Origin: Clostridia bacterium
Lineage (GTDB): Bacteria; UBA6262; WVXT01
Assembly (NCBI GenBank): GCA_009619095.1
Contig: WJOT01000078.1
Coordinates: 6,232 to 70,231 of the forward strand
Reading direction: 5' to 3'
Length of the DNA: 64,000 bases
Position 1 is the first letter of the stretch, and the number at the start of each line of letters is the position of its first letter. The notes below the pieces were generated by a model, which was not told the DNA's origin, ran no database searches, and saw only the letters and a program-made list of their open reading frames with translations. The position numbers were made by a program, and so were the translations under genes. Positions 37,439-46,629 of this stretch are shown in pieces.

Positions 37439-39280
37439 CTATTTCTTATTTTTTGCTTTGTTTAACCTCTGTTTCTGTTCTTCCAGTACTTTAAATACTA
37501 TGTGCGGCGTATTAGGAACCTTCTTTTTATAAATATTCATTAACCTATCAATCTTAGCCAGGTTTTCCTTAACCTTCAAAGTAAACTGTTTCTTGTAACT
37601 ATCTTCAGAGTAATCCTTATTAAGAACCTCCTTAAATAATCTTTTAAGGTCCTGATACTTTGGTATTAGACCAGTAGAAGTTTCCACTGCCTCCACTTCC
37701 TTATGCACACGTAGCTCCATCCACTTAAGCCAGACTTTCTTGTCAGCCTTGCTGTTCAAAAACTCCCCATTAGCATCTCTGAGGAAATAGTTTACAGAAA
37801 AGATAGTGGGCGGGTTTTTTAACCCTTTACCAAAGTTCAGATTATCCTGTACGTACTTGGCAATAGGTATGGAAAGAAAATCTAAGTTGGCCATGGGGTT
37901 ATGTTTTCTGACACCTTCTTTACCTAAGGTTGCCGCTGTAGTCTCTGACTCCAGACATGCACCTTTGGTTATTATACCATGTACCCAGTCGAAGGATTCT
38001 TCCACAGGGACCCATGTATCATGGTCCCTGCCTCCATACACGATTCCTTTTATAGCTACTCCTTCCGGATTGTCGATTTGTGCATCCATATTCTTAAGAA
38101 GTTTCAGTTCAACGGTAAACCGGGCATTGGGATGTGATGGCTTTATCTCACGACCTTTAGTATCTTTTTTACCTGGTGTCCATTCTCCTGAGTAATTAAT
38201 TCCCCGTTGGGGAACTTTTCCCTCCTTACCAATCCAGTAAGTGCCCCCTTCTTCCGTAACCAGAACATTGGAGAATATTATCTGTCCCGGACTGTTTAGT
38301 GCTCCCCATAATACAGGGTCGTCTACGGAATTCACGTTCTGAATTATGCCAAAAATTCCTTTCTCCACATTGACCGCACGAACCATACCGTCCTTATTTC
38401 TGAGATAAGCTATGTCATCTCCCACTACCGTCTCATTTTCTAACAATGCAGTAGCCGTTTTCCCGCAAAGAGAAGGAAAAGCGCCGGTAAAGTAAGTAGT
38501 CCTGTTATTGGGCCCGTGCACCCCCATAATAAACATATGCTCTGTTAACCAGCCTTCCTTTGACGCCAAACTTATTGCCAGACGCATAGCCAACTTTTTT
38601 AGTCCTATTGTGTTGCCCCCATACTGGGTATTCATACTATATACGATGTCTTCTTCAGTATCAATGTATATCCTGCGTTTTTCGATATTCTTAGACACAT
38701 TATTTTCCAGTTCCCCTTCCGAATGCACGAACTTGAAGAACCTGTCAGAAGGACCCAATCTAACGAACTCTTCATAGCCTGCTCTGTAGAGCAACTGCTC
38801 ACTGTGGGCAACATAGGGCGAATCGGTAAGCTGGATACAGGGTATGGAGAACTCAGAACCACAAGGCCCCAAACAGAAGAAAAGCACATATAACTTATGC
38901 CCTTTCATGATATCTTTGAAAATGGTGTTAATCTCCTTAAGCCCCTTCTGTTTATCAATCAAATTCAAATTGGAACTTAAATCAACACCTTCGGATAAAA
39001 AGAATTTAGTGTTCTTTTTGTCTCTTGCCTGGTCATAATATCCATCAAAGTGAACAGTCTGTCCAGGCACAGCAAGCATCCTCTCTTCACCAGTTCTTAT
39101 CGCTTCCTGCTCGATATATATTCTGTCTTCCGCTGAGTCAGTGCAGATAAAAACAGTATCAGGATTGCATAGTTCTATATACTTGGCAACGAATTGCAGA
39201 AGTTTGGGATTGTTTATCCTGGCAAGTTTGCCAAAGTCTTTTTCACTTAATCTGGTTTTAAATAAGTTTGTTGTATCCAT
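37439..39280 (-). CDS. pckG: Phosphoenolpyruvate carboxykinase (GTP)
   Basis: GAFPSLCGKTATALL kinase-1a motif and overall GTP-PEPCK architecture, 613 aa. Confidence 0.85.
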   Translation of the reverse strand: MDTTNLFKTRLSEKDFGKLARINNPKLLQFVAKYIELCNPDTVFICTDSAEDRIYIEQEAIRTGEERMLAVPGQTVHFDGYYDQARDKKNTKFFLSEGVDLSSNLNLIDKQKGLKEINTIFKDIMKGHKLYVLFFCLGPCGSEFSIPCIQLTDSPYVAHSEQLLYRAGYEEFVRLGPSDRFFKFVHSEGELENNVSKNIEKRRIYIDTEEDIVYSMNTQYGGNTIGLKKLAMRLAISLASKEGWLTEHMFIMGVHGPNNRTTYFTGAFPSLCGKTATALLENETVVGDDIAYLRNKDGMVRAVNVEKGIFGIIQNVNSVDDPVLWGALNSPGQIIFSNVLVTEEGGTYWIGKEGKVPQRGINYSGEWTPGKKDTKGREIKPSHPNARFTVELKLLKNMDAQIDNPEGVAIKGIVYGGRDHDTWVPVEESFDWVHGIITKGACLESETTAATLGKEGVRKHNPMANLDFLSIPIAKYVQDNLNFGKGLKNPPTIFSVNYFLRDANGEFLNSKADKKVWLKWMELRVHKEVEAVETSTGLIPKYQDLKRLFKEVLNKDYSEDSYKKQFTLKVKENLAKIDRLMNIYKKKVPNTPHIVFKVLEEQKQRLNKAKNKK

Positions 39281-39295
39281 GTGAAATCATAATTA

Positions 39296-40234
39296 TCAGG
39301 GTATCCTCACCACATCACCCCACTGGAACCTTTCTCCTTCCAGAATTGTAGCAATAGCATACTTCTTCTCTGCTTCTCTTATCTTTATCTTACCTGCATA
39401 AGTCTCTTCAGCGCCCAGGCTGAGTCCTGTATCAGGGTCAATCAACTCTTCGCCGACTCTGTAAACCTCAAAGACCTCTCCCTTTCTAATCCCGGCATTC
39501 GCTCCCACATTAATATAGACTTTACCATCGCTCACCTTGACTATCTTAGCCTGCCAGGGAATTGTTTCCATTCTATCCACAATTGCATTTACAATCTCCC
39601 CTATACATCCGCGAGTTGCCTTGCCCAACGGAGTCTTAGTAGAGAATCCTCCACCAAGGATGTTGCCCGTCCTGAGAACGCCAGCCAAGATTACACCCAC
39701 AGACCTTGCCTTAGCCTCTTTAGTTGTGGCTTCCAGAATTACTCCCGTTGTTGCATCGTACATACGGATATCACAGGCAACATAAGCAGTAGTCGTGGTG
39801 AGGCCAGCTCCTGTCTTCTTCTTTAGAAGAACTCCACCCACTCCTCCACGGCTGACTTTCTCTTCAAACTCAGTAACTGCTCCCCGCACCAGAACCTGAG
39901 CACCCAATATATCACCAATCCTTGCTGCTGTCTCTTTTCTCACTCTTCCTCTATCACCGAGGTCCTGCTCTTTGATTATGTCGCGGATCGCCTTTCTTTC
40001 CACAACAACGAACTCTCCCGTTTCGTGTAAGGCGGTAATAAGCATCTCCGCCATCCCTGAACCAATCTTCCTGTGAGCACGCGGGACCTTCACTTCAAAA
40101 TCAATAACGGCAATTCTCTTTTTCGGACCTTTGTACTTTTCAGCATAAGGCCTCACCCGAGTCGGAGCACAGCCCAGAAGGAATACCAGTGATAGGATTA
40201 TAGACTCCTTTAAAAATTTTTTTGCCATATCCAC
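39296..40234 (-). CDS. CsgG-family lipoprotein with a C-terminal extension
   Basis: Lipobox LLGC. MAEMLITALHETGEFVVVERKAIRDIIKEQDL and SRGGVGGVLL...YVACDIRMYDATTGVIL match the CsgG core. Confidence 0.65.
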   Translation of the reverse strand: MDMAKKFLKESIILSLVFLLGCAPTRVRPYAEKYKGPKKRIAVIDFEVKVPRAHRKIGSGMAEMLITALHETGEFVVVERKAIRDIIKEQDLGDRGRVRKETAARIGDILGAQVLVRGAVTEFEEKVSRGGVGGVLLKKKTGAGLTTTTAYVACDIRMYDATTGVILEATTKEAKARSVGVILAGVLRTGNILGGGFSTKTPLGKATRGCIGEIVNAIVDRMETIPWQAKIVKVSDGKVYINVGANAGIRKGEVFEVYRVGEELIDPDTGLSLGAEETYAGKIKIREAEKKYAIATILEGERFQWGDVVRIP

Positions 40235-40272
40235 TCCTCCTTTTCTGTCCCGAGTTCTTTAAACTATATCAC

Positions 40273-40884
40273 CTATTGAGAAAGCTTATTCAGAATTTGA
40301 GTAGCTATTTCTTCTACTCTTTTATTGTTTTCTGCCTTAGCCTTATCCTTAATCCTCTTCAAAGCCCCATCCCTCCACTCAATGTATTCTTCTTTGGCGA
40401 TTTCAACTAACTTGTAGCAGTTATAGAAGTACTCTGCCCCTTCCGCGGTCGGCCTTTCCACCTTTTCGTAGTAGGTTTCTTTTGGTTTTATACCATGCAT
40501 CTGATAAATATCCATAATTATCCCTACAGTCTCGGTCAAAAACTCGCTTAACTCAGCATCACTAATACTCAATTCACGGATAGCATCACTGAATTCTCTC
40601 CGAACTGTTCTCTTTATACCTTCGATAATATTCTTAACTACTTCTCCCCTGGCCTTACGGAGAGCCAGGGAGAAATCGGCTCGCCCCTCCACCCCGCCAC
40701 TAAAGGAAAGCATGCCCTCCTGAATAGATATTGGTGTGAATATCCACTCCGGCCTAAACTCCTGACTCCTCTCAACTATTCTTTCCTCGCGAATTATTGC
40801 GGGACGTTTCCCGGGACCAGCGCATCCTCCGGTTAAAATTGGAACCAAAAACAAAATTAAACAACAAAAAATTAATCTTCTCAT
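40273..40884 (-). CDS. Hypothetical lipoprotein (start re-set to MRRLIF..., AAGGAGG RBS)
   Basis: Signal MRRLIFCCLILFLVPILTGGC with lipobox. Possible partner of the CsgG-like gene. Confidence 0.4.
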   Translation of the reverse strand: MRRLIFCCLILFLVPILTGGCAGPGKRPAIIREERIVERSQEFRPEWIFTPISIQEGMLSFSGGVEGRADFSLALRKARGEVVKNIIEGIKRTVRREFSDAIRELSISDAELSEFLTETVGIIMDIYQMHGIKPKETYYEKVERPTAEGAEYFYNCYKLVEIAKEEYIEWRDGALKRIKDKAKAENNKRVEEIATQILNKLSQ

Positions 40885-40920
40885 AAATTCCTCCTTAAAA
40901 ATGTGGCTCTGGTAAAAGTT

Positions 40921-41040
40921 GTCAGTAGTGTAGCCCTTTATGGACATTTACTGTCGGTAATAAACAGCTTATTACGGGCATAAAGCCCCTGGGCGACCAT
41001 CCCGATGTATCGGGATAAATTGCGGTCGCCCCTACGCGAC
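40921..41040. repeat. Intergenic mosaic structured element (modules X + Z): AGTGTAGCCCTTTATGG...GGGCGACCATCCCGATGTATCGGGATAAATTGCGGTCGCCCCTAC
   Basis: It shares module X with 28396 and module Z with 16857 and 19017. Confidence 0.55.
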
Positions 41041-41044
41041 CAAT

Positions 41045-41782
41045 CTACTCGATATACGAAATAACTACATTAACACCGCCTCTTTCGTTCTCCACCAGAC
41101 TAACAGTGCAGTCTTTACCTTCCTTAGAGAAAAAGAGCTGTCCAATATCAGCACCTGGCCAATAATCGGCCCTCACCAACCCATAGCCTTCCCCCTCCAT
41201 CTCTCTTAAGTAGAAGGTCGCGACTTTATCCATAGGGTCGGAGGTAGTAAAATTGAGAGTCGATATGCTGTCCTGGCTAGAGGTCTTTACTTCCCCCGCT
41301 CTTACATATACAGGAATCCCTTTCACGTCTTTTCTAATTTTTCTTTTTAGAGAGAAAAATTCCTTTTCCTTTGATACGCCAGGAATTTTCCTCTTTATCC
41401 ACACACTATCTTTTTCTTTTATAATCTTATGGGTCAGAATAGAAAAACGGTCTACAAGCCAGGTTTTTAAAGGGAACCTTTTGGCCATCAGATACCAGCC
41501 ACCAAAGAATAGAACGACTAAAATAGAAAAGAGCTTTACCATAAAATTTATCTTCTTCCTTAAAGAGCTCTTGACCTTCTTGGGAATTTCAAATTCTCCT
41601 TCCCCTAGAAACTTTTCCTGGGGAGTTTCTTTCTCCTCTTCTTTCTTCTCTTCTTTCTTTTCCTCTTTCTTTTCAATCTCGGAGATTTTAGATAGAACTT
41701 CACCAACGAGAGGGTGGGATAATTTTACCTCTTTCTTTTTAGATTTGTCATCACGCTTTGGCTCTTCTTCGACCATTTCCAA
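41045..41782 (-). CDS. Hypothetical single-pass membrane protein with an E/K-rich N-terminus
   Basis: 245 aa. TM LFSILVVLFFGGWYLMA. Confidence 0.4.
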   Translation of the reverse strand: MEMVEEEPKRDDKSKKKEVKLSHPLVGEVLSKISEIEKKEEKKEEKKEEEKETPQEKFLGEGEFEIPKKVKSSLRKKINFMVKLFSILVVLFFGGWYLMAKRFPLKTWLVDRFSILTHKIIKEKDSVWIKRKIPGVSKEKEFFSLKRKIRKDVKGIPVYVRAGEVKTSSQDSISTLNFTTSDPMDKVATFYLREMEGEGYGLVRADYWPGADIGQLFFSKEGKDCTVSLVENERGGVNVVISYIE

Positions 41783-41797
41783 CCTCCCAGAACACTA

Positions 41798-42682
41798 TCA
41801 GCTTTTTAATAGTTCAACTATCCTTTCCAAATCTTCCAGGGAATAGTATTCAATTTCTATCTTACCCCGAACTTTCCCTCCTTCTCCCGGAGAAAACCTG
41901 CCAGAACCAGTAGACTTAATCCTCACTTTCGTCCCCAGAATTCTCTGGAGTTCTTCCTCCAGTTCAACGACCTCGGGACTCTTCTCTTTCTGGGCAACTC
42001 TTTTTCCTGAAGGAGTCCGTTTGACTCTCCATCTTTCTACAATATCTTCTGTTTCACGTACTGTCAACTTCTCCTTGAGTATCTTCCGGGCCAAGTCTAT
42101 TCGTTTCTCCTCCCCTGCGATAGAGAGGAGCACCCGGGCATGTCCGGCAGATATAAGTTTACGGGAAACGAACTCTTTAATCTCCTCAGGCAAATTGATA
42201 AGTCTCAAAATATTGGCAACCGTTGACCTGGTCTTTCCTAAATGGTCGGCCAATTCCTGCTGGGTTAGATTGAACTCCTTCATCAACCTTTCAAAAGCTG
42301 TAGCTTCTTCTATGGGATTCAGATCCTCTCTCTGGATATTCTCAATTAGAGATATCTCGAACATCTCCCTATCAGTAACTCTCCTGACCACTGCTGGAAT
42401 CTCTTTCAACTCTGCCATTTTGGCTGCCCACCAGCGCCTCTCTCCGGCTACCAGTTGGTAGTTCTCTCCTGAGGGAGAAACAATTATTGGTTGAACTACC
42501 CCCTTTCCCTTTATAGAATTCGCTAACTCCTTTAACTTTTCCTGGTCGAATTGCATCCTGGACTGGTATTTGTTAGGTTTTATCTTATTAATATCAATAC
42601 TTACAATTTCCATGGGAGCTACCCGGGGTACTTTCGGAATTAGTGCTTCTATCCCCTTACCCAGTGCTTTACGCATTCCCAT
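41798..42682 (-). CDS. parB: Chromosome partitioning protein ParB/Spo0J
   Basis: ParB box VAGERRWWAAKMAELKEIPAVV and HTH. Confidence 0.9.
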   Translation of the reverse strand: MGMRKALGKGIEALIPKVPRVAPMEIVSIDINKIKPNKYQSRMQFDQEKLKELANSIKGKGVVQPIIVSPSGENYQLVAGERRWWAAKMAELKEIPAVVRRVTDREMFEISLIENIQREDLNPIEEATAFERLMKEFNLTQQELADHLGKTRSTVANILRLINLPEEIKEFVSRKLISAGHARVLLSIAGEEKRIDLARKILKEKLTVRETEDIVERWRVKRTPSGKRVAQKEKSPEVVELEEELQRILGTKVRIKSTGSGRFSPGEGGKVRGKIEIEYYSLEDLERIVELLKS

Positions 42683-42695
42683 TACCTCCCAAAAC

Positions 42696-43505
42696 TCAAC
42701 TTTCTGACTCTTCTTCTATTTCCACTCCGTTCCTCTTCAGGAACTCTCGAGTCAATGAAAGGTACGACTGTGCACCTTTCGAATCTTTACTATATAGAAT
42801 AACAGGTTTCCCAAAACCCGGAGCCTCAGCCAGTCGCACATTTCTGGGAATTTTTGTCTGATAGACCGCCTGTTTAAAGAACTTACTTACCTCCTCAACT
42901 ACCTGGGAAGAGAGGTTGACTCGGCCATCAAACATAGTTAAAAGAGCCCCTTCGATCTGCAACCTGGGATTTAAATTTTCTCTTACCAGCCTCAATGTAT
43001 TCATTAGTTGGCCCAGACCTTCCAGAGCATAATATTCACACTGGATGGGAATAATTACTGAATGGGCTGCGGTCAGTGAGTTAACTGTGAGAAGGCCCAG
43101 GGAAGGTGGGCAATCGAGGAGAATATACTTGTAGAGGTTACCCAATCCATTGAGTGCTCTCTTTAGCCTTGTCTCCCGGGAGATAAGTCCCACAAGCTCC
43201 ACTTCTGCTCCAATCAAATCTACATTTGCTGGAACTAAATCGAGCCAGTCAATACCAGTGGGAACGAGGATATTTTCAATCGAGGCTTTTTCCAAAAGCA
43301 CTTCATAGATAGTATGTTTAACTTTATCCTTTTCCATACCCAGGCCACTTGTAGCATTCGACTGAGAATCCATATCGATAAGGAGTGTCTCCTGCCCATA
43401 ATGTGCCAGGCAGCTAGAGAGGTTAATAGCCGTTGTGGTCTTCCCCACTCCTCCCTTCTGATTTGCAATTGCCACAATCTTTGCCATAAGATACTCCTGC
43501 AACAA
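42696..43505 (-). CDS. parA: Chromosome partitioning ATPase ParA/Soj
   Basis: KIVAIANQKGGVGKTTTAINL deviant Walker A. Confidence 0.9.
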   Translation of the reverse strand: MLQEYLMAKIVAIANQKGGVGKTTTAINLSSCLAHYGQETLLIDMDSQSNATSGLGMEKDKVKHTIYEVLLEKASIENILVPTGIDWLDLVPANVDLIGAEVELVGLISRETRLKRALNGLGNLYKYILLDCPPSLGLLTVNSLTAAHSVIIPIQCEYYALEGLGQLMNTLRLVRENLNPRLQIEGALLTMFDGRVNLSSQVVEEVSKFFKQAVYQTKIPRNVRLAEAPGFGKPVILYSKDSKGAQSYLSLTREFLKRNGVEIEEESES

Positions 43506-43507
43506 AT

Positions 43508-43588
43508 GTCATTGCGAGTCCCGATTGAAAATCGGGAAAAGGAGCGTGGTCCCGATGAATCGGGACTTCACTCCGTTCGCAATGACAG
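43508..43588. repeat. Structured inverted-repeat element, copy B (GTCATTGCGAG ... two CCGAT hairpins ... CGTTCGCAATGAC)
   Basis: It shares the outer stem and internal AAAGGAGCGTGG / CTTCACTCCGTTCGCAATGACAG with 2518-2583. Confidence 0.5.
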
Positions 43589-43646
43589 AAAAAGTACTGT
43601 TTTAAAAATATTAGCAAAAAAATTAAAAATATACAATACAAAAAAT

Positions 43647-44387
43647 TTATCTAATCGGCCTTTTAACCACCACTCCTGTCCTTCGCGGATAATCTTCTGG
43701 CGTCTTCTCCACCTTATCCATCACTACCAGATTTCTCTCTAATTCTTCTCCTCTTAATGATAACTTATAAGGTATAATCTTATTTATTCTCCCACCCAGA
43801 ACTTCTATCGCCTTACCTGCTTTCTGGAGTTCACCCTTAATCTCTCGACCCTTTTGGGAAATGAAAATCCCTCCAATCTTAACGAAAGGGAGACAGTATT
43901 CAGCAAGGATAGCTAAATTACTAACTGCCCTGGATACCGCTAGATCATACTTCTCCCTGTACTCCCCATTCCTTCCGTACTCCTCCGCTCTTCCGTGAAT
44001 TACCTCTAAACTCCTTTCAAAACCCAGTTTACCAGAGATATAACGTATGAATTCTACCTTTTTCCTTGTCGCCTCAAGCAAAGTTAGCTCGAATCTTGGC
44101 TGATAAATTTTTAGCGGTATCCCGGGAAATCCTGCTCCTGAACCGATATCTATAATTTTTCTTATCTTTTGATAAATTTTAGATGGCACTCCTAAAAGGC
44201 AGAAAAGAGAATCTATAAAATGTTTAACCAAAATCTCCTCATCATCATTTATGGCAGTGAGATTAACCTTTCTGTTCCATTCCTGGAGTTCTTGCAAAAA
44301 TAGGAGGAACTTTCCTATCTGGTCCTTATCGAGCTCTATCCCTGCTTGTTTAGCTCTTTTTTGCAATGAGGTAGCTAACCCATCCAT
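43647..44387 (-). CDS. rsmG: 16S rRNA (guanine527-N7)-methyltransferase
   Basis: IIDIGSGAGFPGIPLKI SAM motif and GidB architecture. Confidence 0.9.
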   Translation of the reverse strand: MDGLATSLQKRAKQAGIELDKDQIGKFLLFLQELQEWNRKVNLTAINDDEEILVKHFIDSLFCLLGVPSKIYQKIRKIIDIGSGAGFPGIPLKIYQPRFELTLLEATRKKVEFIRYISGKLGFERSLEVIHGRAEEYGRNGEYREKYDLAVSRAVSNLAILAEYCLPFVKIGGIFISQKGREIKGELQKAGKAIEVLGGRINKIIPYKLSLRGEELERNLVVMDKVEKTPEDYPRRTGVVVKRPIR

Positions 44388-44391
44388 AAGT

Positions 44392-45312
44392 TTATCGTGG
44401 TTCCCAGAGCCTCTTCCACAGGGTTTCCACTTTTCTTTTCCTCATTAATTTATAGATTTCTCTTAGTTTAGCTCTGGTAGATTCTTCCCCTTTCTTTATA
44501 CAATAATCTAACTTCTTAAAATTTACCCAGTGAATATTATCCACATTTGGCTTTATCACCAGATCTGCCTTTTTCAACCGAAGTTCGTTAAGAAATAACC
44601 CTGAAATATAGCTAGTCCTGAGAATAACGTCAAGTCCTGTCTTCATCTCCTGATAGTTACTACGCGGGAAAGACCCGTGCACATCCACACCTGCCACTAA
44701 ATCGGCACCCAATCTGAAAGCAACATCCACGGGAACCAGGTTCACCGCACCTCCATCGACCAATCTCCTGCCCTCCCATTTCAAGGGTGGGAAAAGGCCA
44801 GGAATAGTGATGCTTGCCCGAACCGCCTCTCTCAAAGGCCCCTTAGTAAAACAGAGTTCTCTATTGGAAGTTAGGTCAGTACTGACACAAGCAAAGGGAA
44901 TCCTTAAATCTTCTATATTCTTATCTGGCAGGATACTATTTACTATTGCCTCTGCCCTCTTCTCACTAACCAGAGCAAGCTTTACTAAACTCAGGTTATA
45001 AATCAACTTCCACTTTGCATAAGAGACAATCTTTTTAATGGGTTTTGAGCCTTCTTCTCTTATCTCATCCTTTAAGAATTCGAGCCTGGCTCGTTTGTAT
45101 TCACTGCTCTCCAAAAATTCTAAACCTTTCTTCTCAATAGAAGAAGCATTATACCCACAGGCATAGAGCGCCCCGATTAGGGCCCCTGAGCTGGTGCCGG
45201 CAATAACATCGATGGATATTCCCTCATCCTCCAGAACCTTCAACACCCCTATGTGCGCCAACCCCCTTGCTCCTCCGCCACCCAGGGCTAAACCGAACCT
45301 CAATTTTCGCAT
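44392..45312 (-). CDS. Patatin-like phospholipase
   Basis: GGGARGLAHIGVL...GTSSGALIGA (GxSxG) and a DGG motif. Confidence 0.8.
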   Translation of the reverse strand: MRKLRFGLALGGGGARGLAHIGVLKVLEDEGISIDVIAGTSSGALIGALYACGYNASSIEKKGLEFLESSEYKRARLEFLKDEIREEGSKPIKKIVSYAKWKLIYNLSLVKLALVSEKRAEAIVNSILPDKNIEDLRIPFACVSTDLTSNRELCFTKGPLREAVRASITIPGLFPPLKWEGRRLVDGGAVNLVPVDVAFRLGADLVAGVDVHGSFPRSNYQEMKTGLDVILRTSYISGLFLNELRLKKADLVIKPNVDNIHWVNFKKLDYCIKKGEESTRAKLREIYKLMRKRKVETLWKRLWEPR

Positions 45313-45690
45313 ATATTTTCCTTATACAAAATGAGAGCTCCTAAATTGTTTCACGTGAAACAATTTTCCAGCAAAAAGGGGTTAAAAAGGGACCTCAAAA
45401 AGGGCTCTGACCCCCTCTTTTTCAAACCTCAATTTTCGCATATATTTTCCTTATACAAAATGAGAGCCCCCTAAATTGTTTCACGTGAAACAATTTTCCA
45501 GCAAAAAGGGGTCAAAAAGGAGCCTCAAAAAGGGCTCTGACCCCCTCTTTTTCAAACCTCAATTTTCGCATATATTTTCCTTATGCGAAATGAGAGCTCC
45601 CAAATTGTTTCACGTGAAACAATTTTCCAGCAAAAAGGGGGCTAAAAATAGAGTTGACCCCTTTTTTTTAGTTTATGAGATGTCGGTTTT
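45298..45690. repeat. About 129-bp tandem direct repeat x about 2.8. Each unit carries the patatin RBS and first 7 codons, plus a 22-bp perfect palindrome AATTGTTTCACGTGAAACAATT.
   Basis: Units start at 45298, 45427 and 45557. Palindromes are at 45344-45365, 45474-45495 and 45603-45624. Confidence 0.85.
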
Positions 45691-46161
45691 CCACAATTTT
45701 GTCAGTTCGACTCCAGCCCTGAAGAGGTATTTCTTTCCCCTGAGCCACGTCTTTACCGAACCGACTCCTACTACTTTTCCTCCTTTTGCTTCCACTTTGC
45801 CCTTTAAAATATCGATAGCGCGGCGATATCCTGTTCCTCTTGAGGTAACAAATAGGATTACCTTTTTATCCATAAGATTACAGGTCTGGAGAAATGTATT
45901 AAGGGCAGGAGTGGGACTGGATGCCCAAACAGGTGTGCCCAATATAATCAGTTCATATTTGCTTAAATCAAAACCTGAAGGAGCCACTTCAGTGTTTAAG
46001 CCAAGGTGGGCATCCCGCGCCCCTCGGAGAAAACCAAAAGGCCCTTTTCTCTTTTTGAGGTCTCTTATCTCCACTAAGTCTCCACCCAGTTCCTGTTGAA
46101 ATTTCTCTGCTAAAAATCTTGTCTTCCCCGTCCGGGAATAGTAGAGAATCACGCTTTTCAT
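45673..46161 (-). CDS. Flavodoxin
   Basis: MKSVILYYSRTGKTRFLAE... flavodoxin-like fold, 162 aa. Confidence 0.7.
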   Translation of the reverse strand: MKSVILYYSRTGKTRFLAEKFQQELGGDLVEIRDLKKRKGPFGFLRGARDAHLGLNTEVAPSGFDLSKYELIILGTPVWASSPTPALNTFLQTCNLMDKKVILFVTSRGTGYRRAIDILKGKVEAKGGKVVGVGSVKTWLRGKKYLFRAGVELTKLWKTDIS

Positions 46162-46203
46162 TCTGGATTACTCCCATTAGTTTATTTCGTTAGAAATCTT
46201 CTT

Positions 46204-46629
46204 CTACCCTATTGCTTCTCCTTCCACTACTCTCCATGTACCATCATCCTCTTTTATTAGAGAAAGCTTAAAAAATTCCCTCCCTTTAAGGTAACCAAAT
46301 TCTCTATGGGAAGCTTCAATGACAATGAATAGATAGATATCACATCTTTTACCCTTGAACTTCTTCCTCTTTCTTAAAATATCAATCTTAAAATCACCAA
46401 ACCCTTTAAGGAAATCTTCTACTTTAATCTTTAGACCATGGTAATCGTTCCCATATCTATCTTTATAATCTCTGGAAACGTAATTAAACGCCTCCTCAAA
46501 CTTCTTCTCCTCTATCAGTTGCTTTGCTTCCTTAATGAATCGTTCAACCAACCAGCGATCTTTGATGAATGAATCGTATACAATGAACAGAATAGCAAGG
46601 ACAATAAGGAGAACAATGAGTCTCTTCAT
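46204..46629 (-). CDS. Hypothetical membrane-anchored protein (start re-set to MKRLIV)
   Basis: N-terminal TM LIVLLIVLAILFIV. The upstream Met would overlap the IS element end. Confidence 0.4.
   Translation of the reverse strand: MKRLIVLLIVLAILFIVYDSFIKDRWLVERFIKEAKQLIEEKKFEEAFNYVSRDYKDRYGNDYHGLKIKVEDFLKGFGDFKIDILRKRKKFKGKRCDIYLFIVIEASHREFGYLKGREFFKLSLIKEDDGTWRVVEGEAIG

Noticed and set aside
45298-45690. Tandem 129-bp repeats, considered as a CRISPR array
   Set aside because: The units are contiguous with no unique spacers and the period is about 129 bp. They contain a gene 5' end and promoter-like sequence, and no cas genes are nearby.
45476-46099. 207-aa plus-strand ORF starting MFHVKQFSSKKG...
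   Set aside because: It is created by reading across the 129-bp tandem repeats and then antisense through the flavodoxin gene. The internal repetition is the repeat, not a protein.
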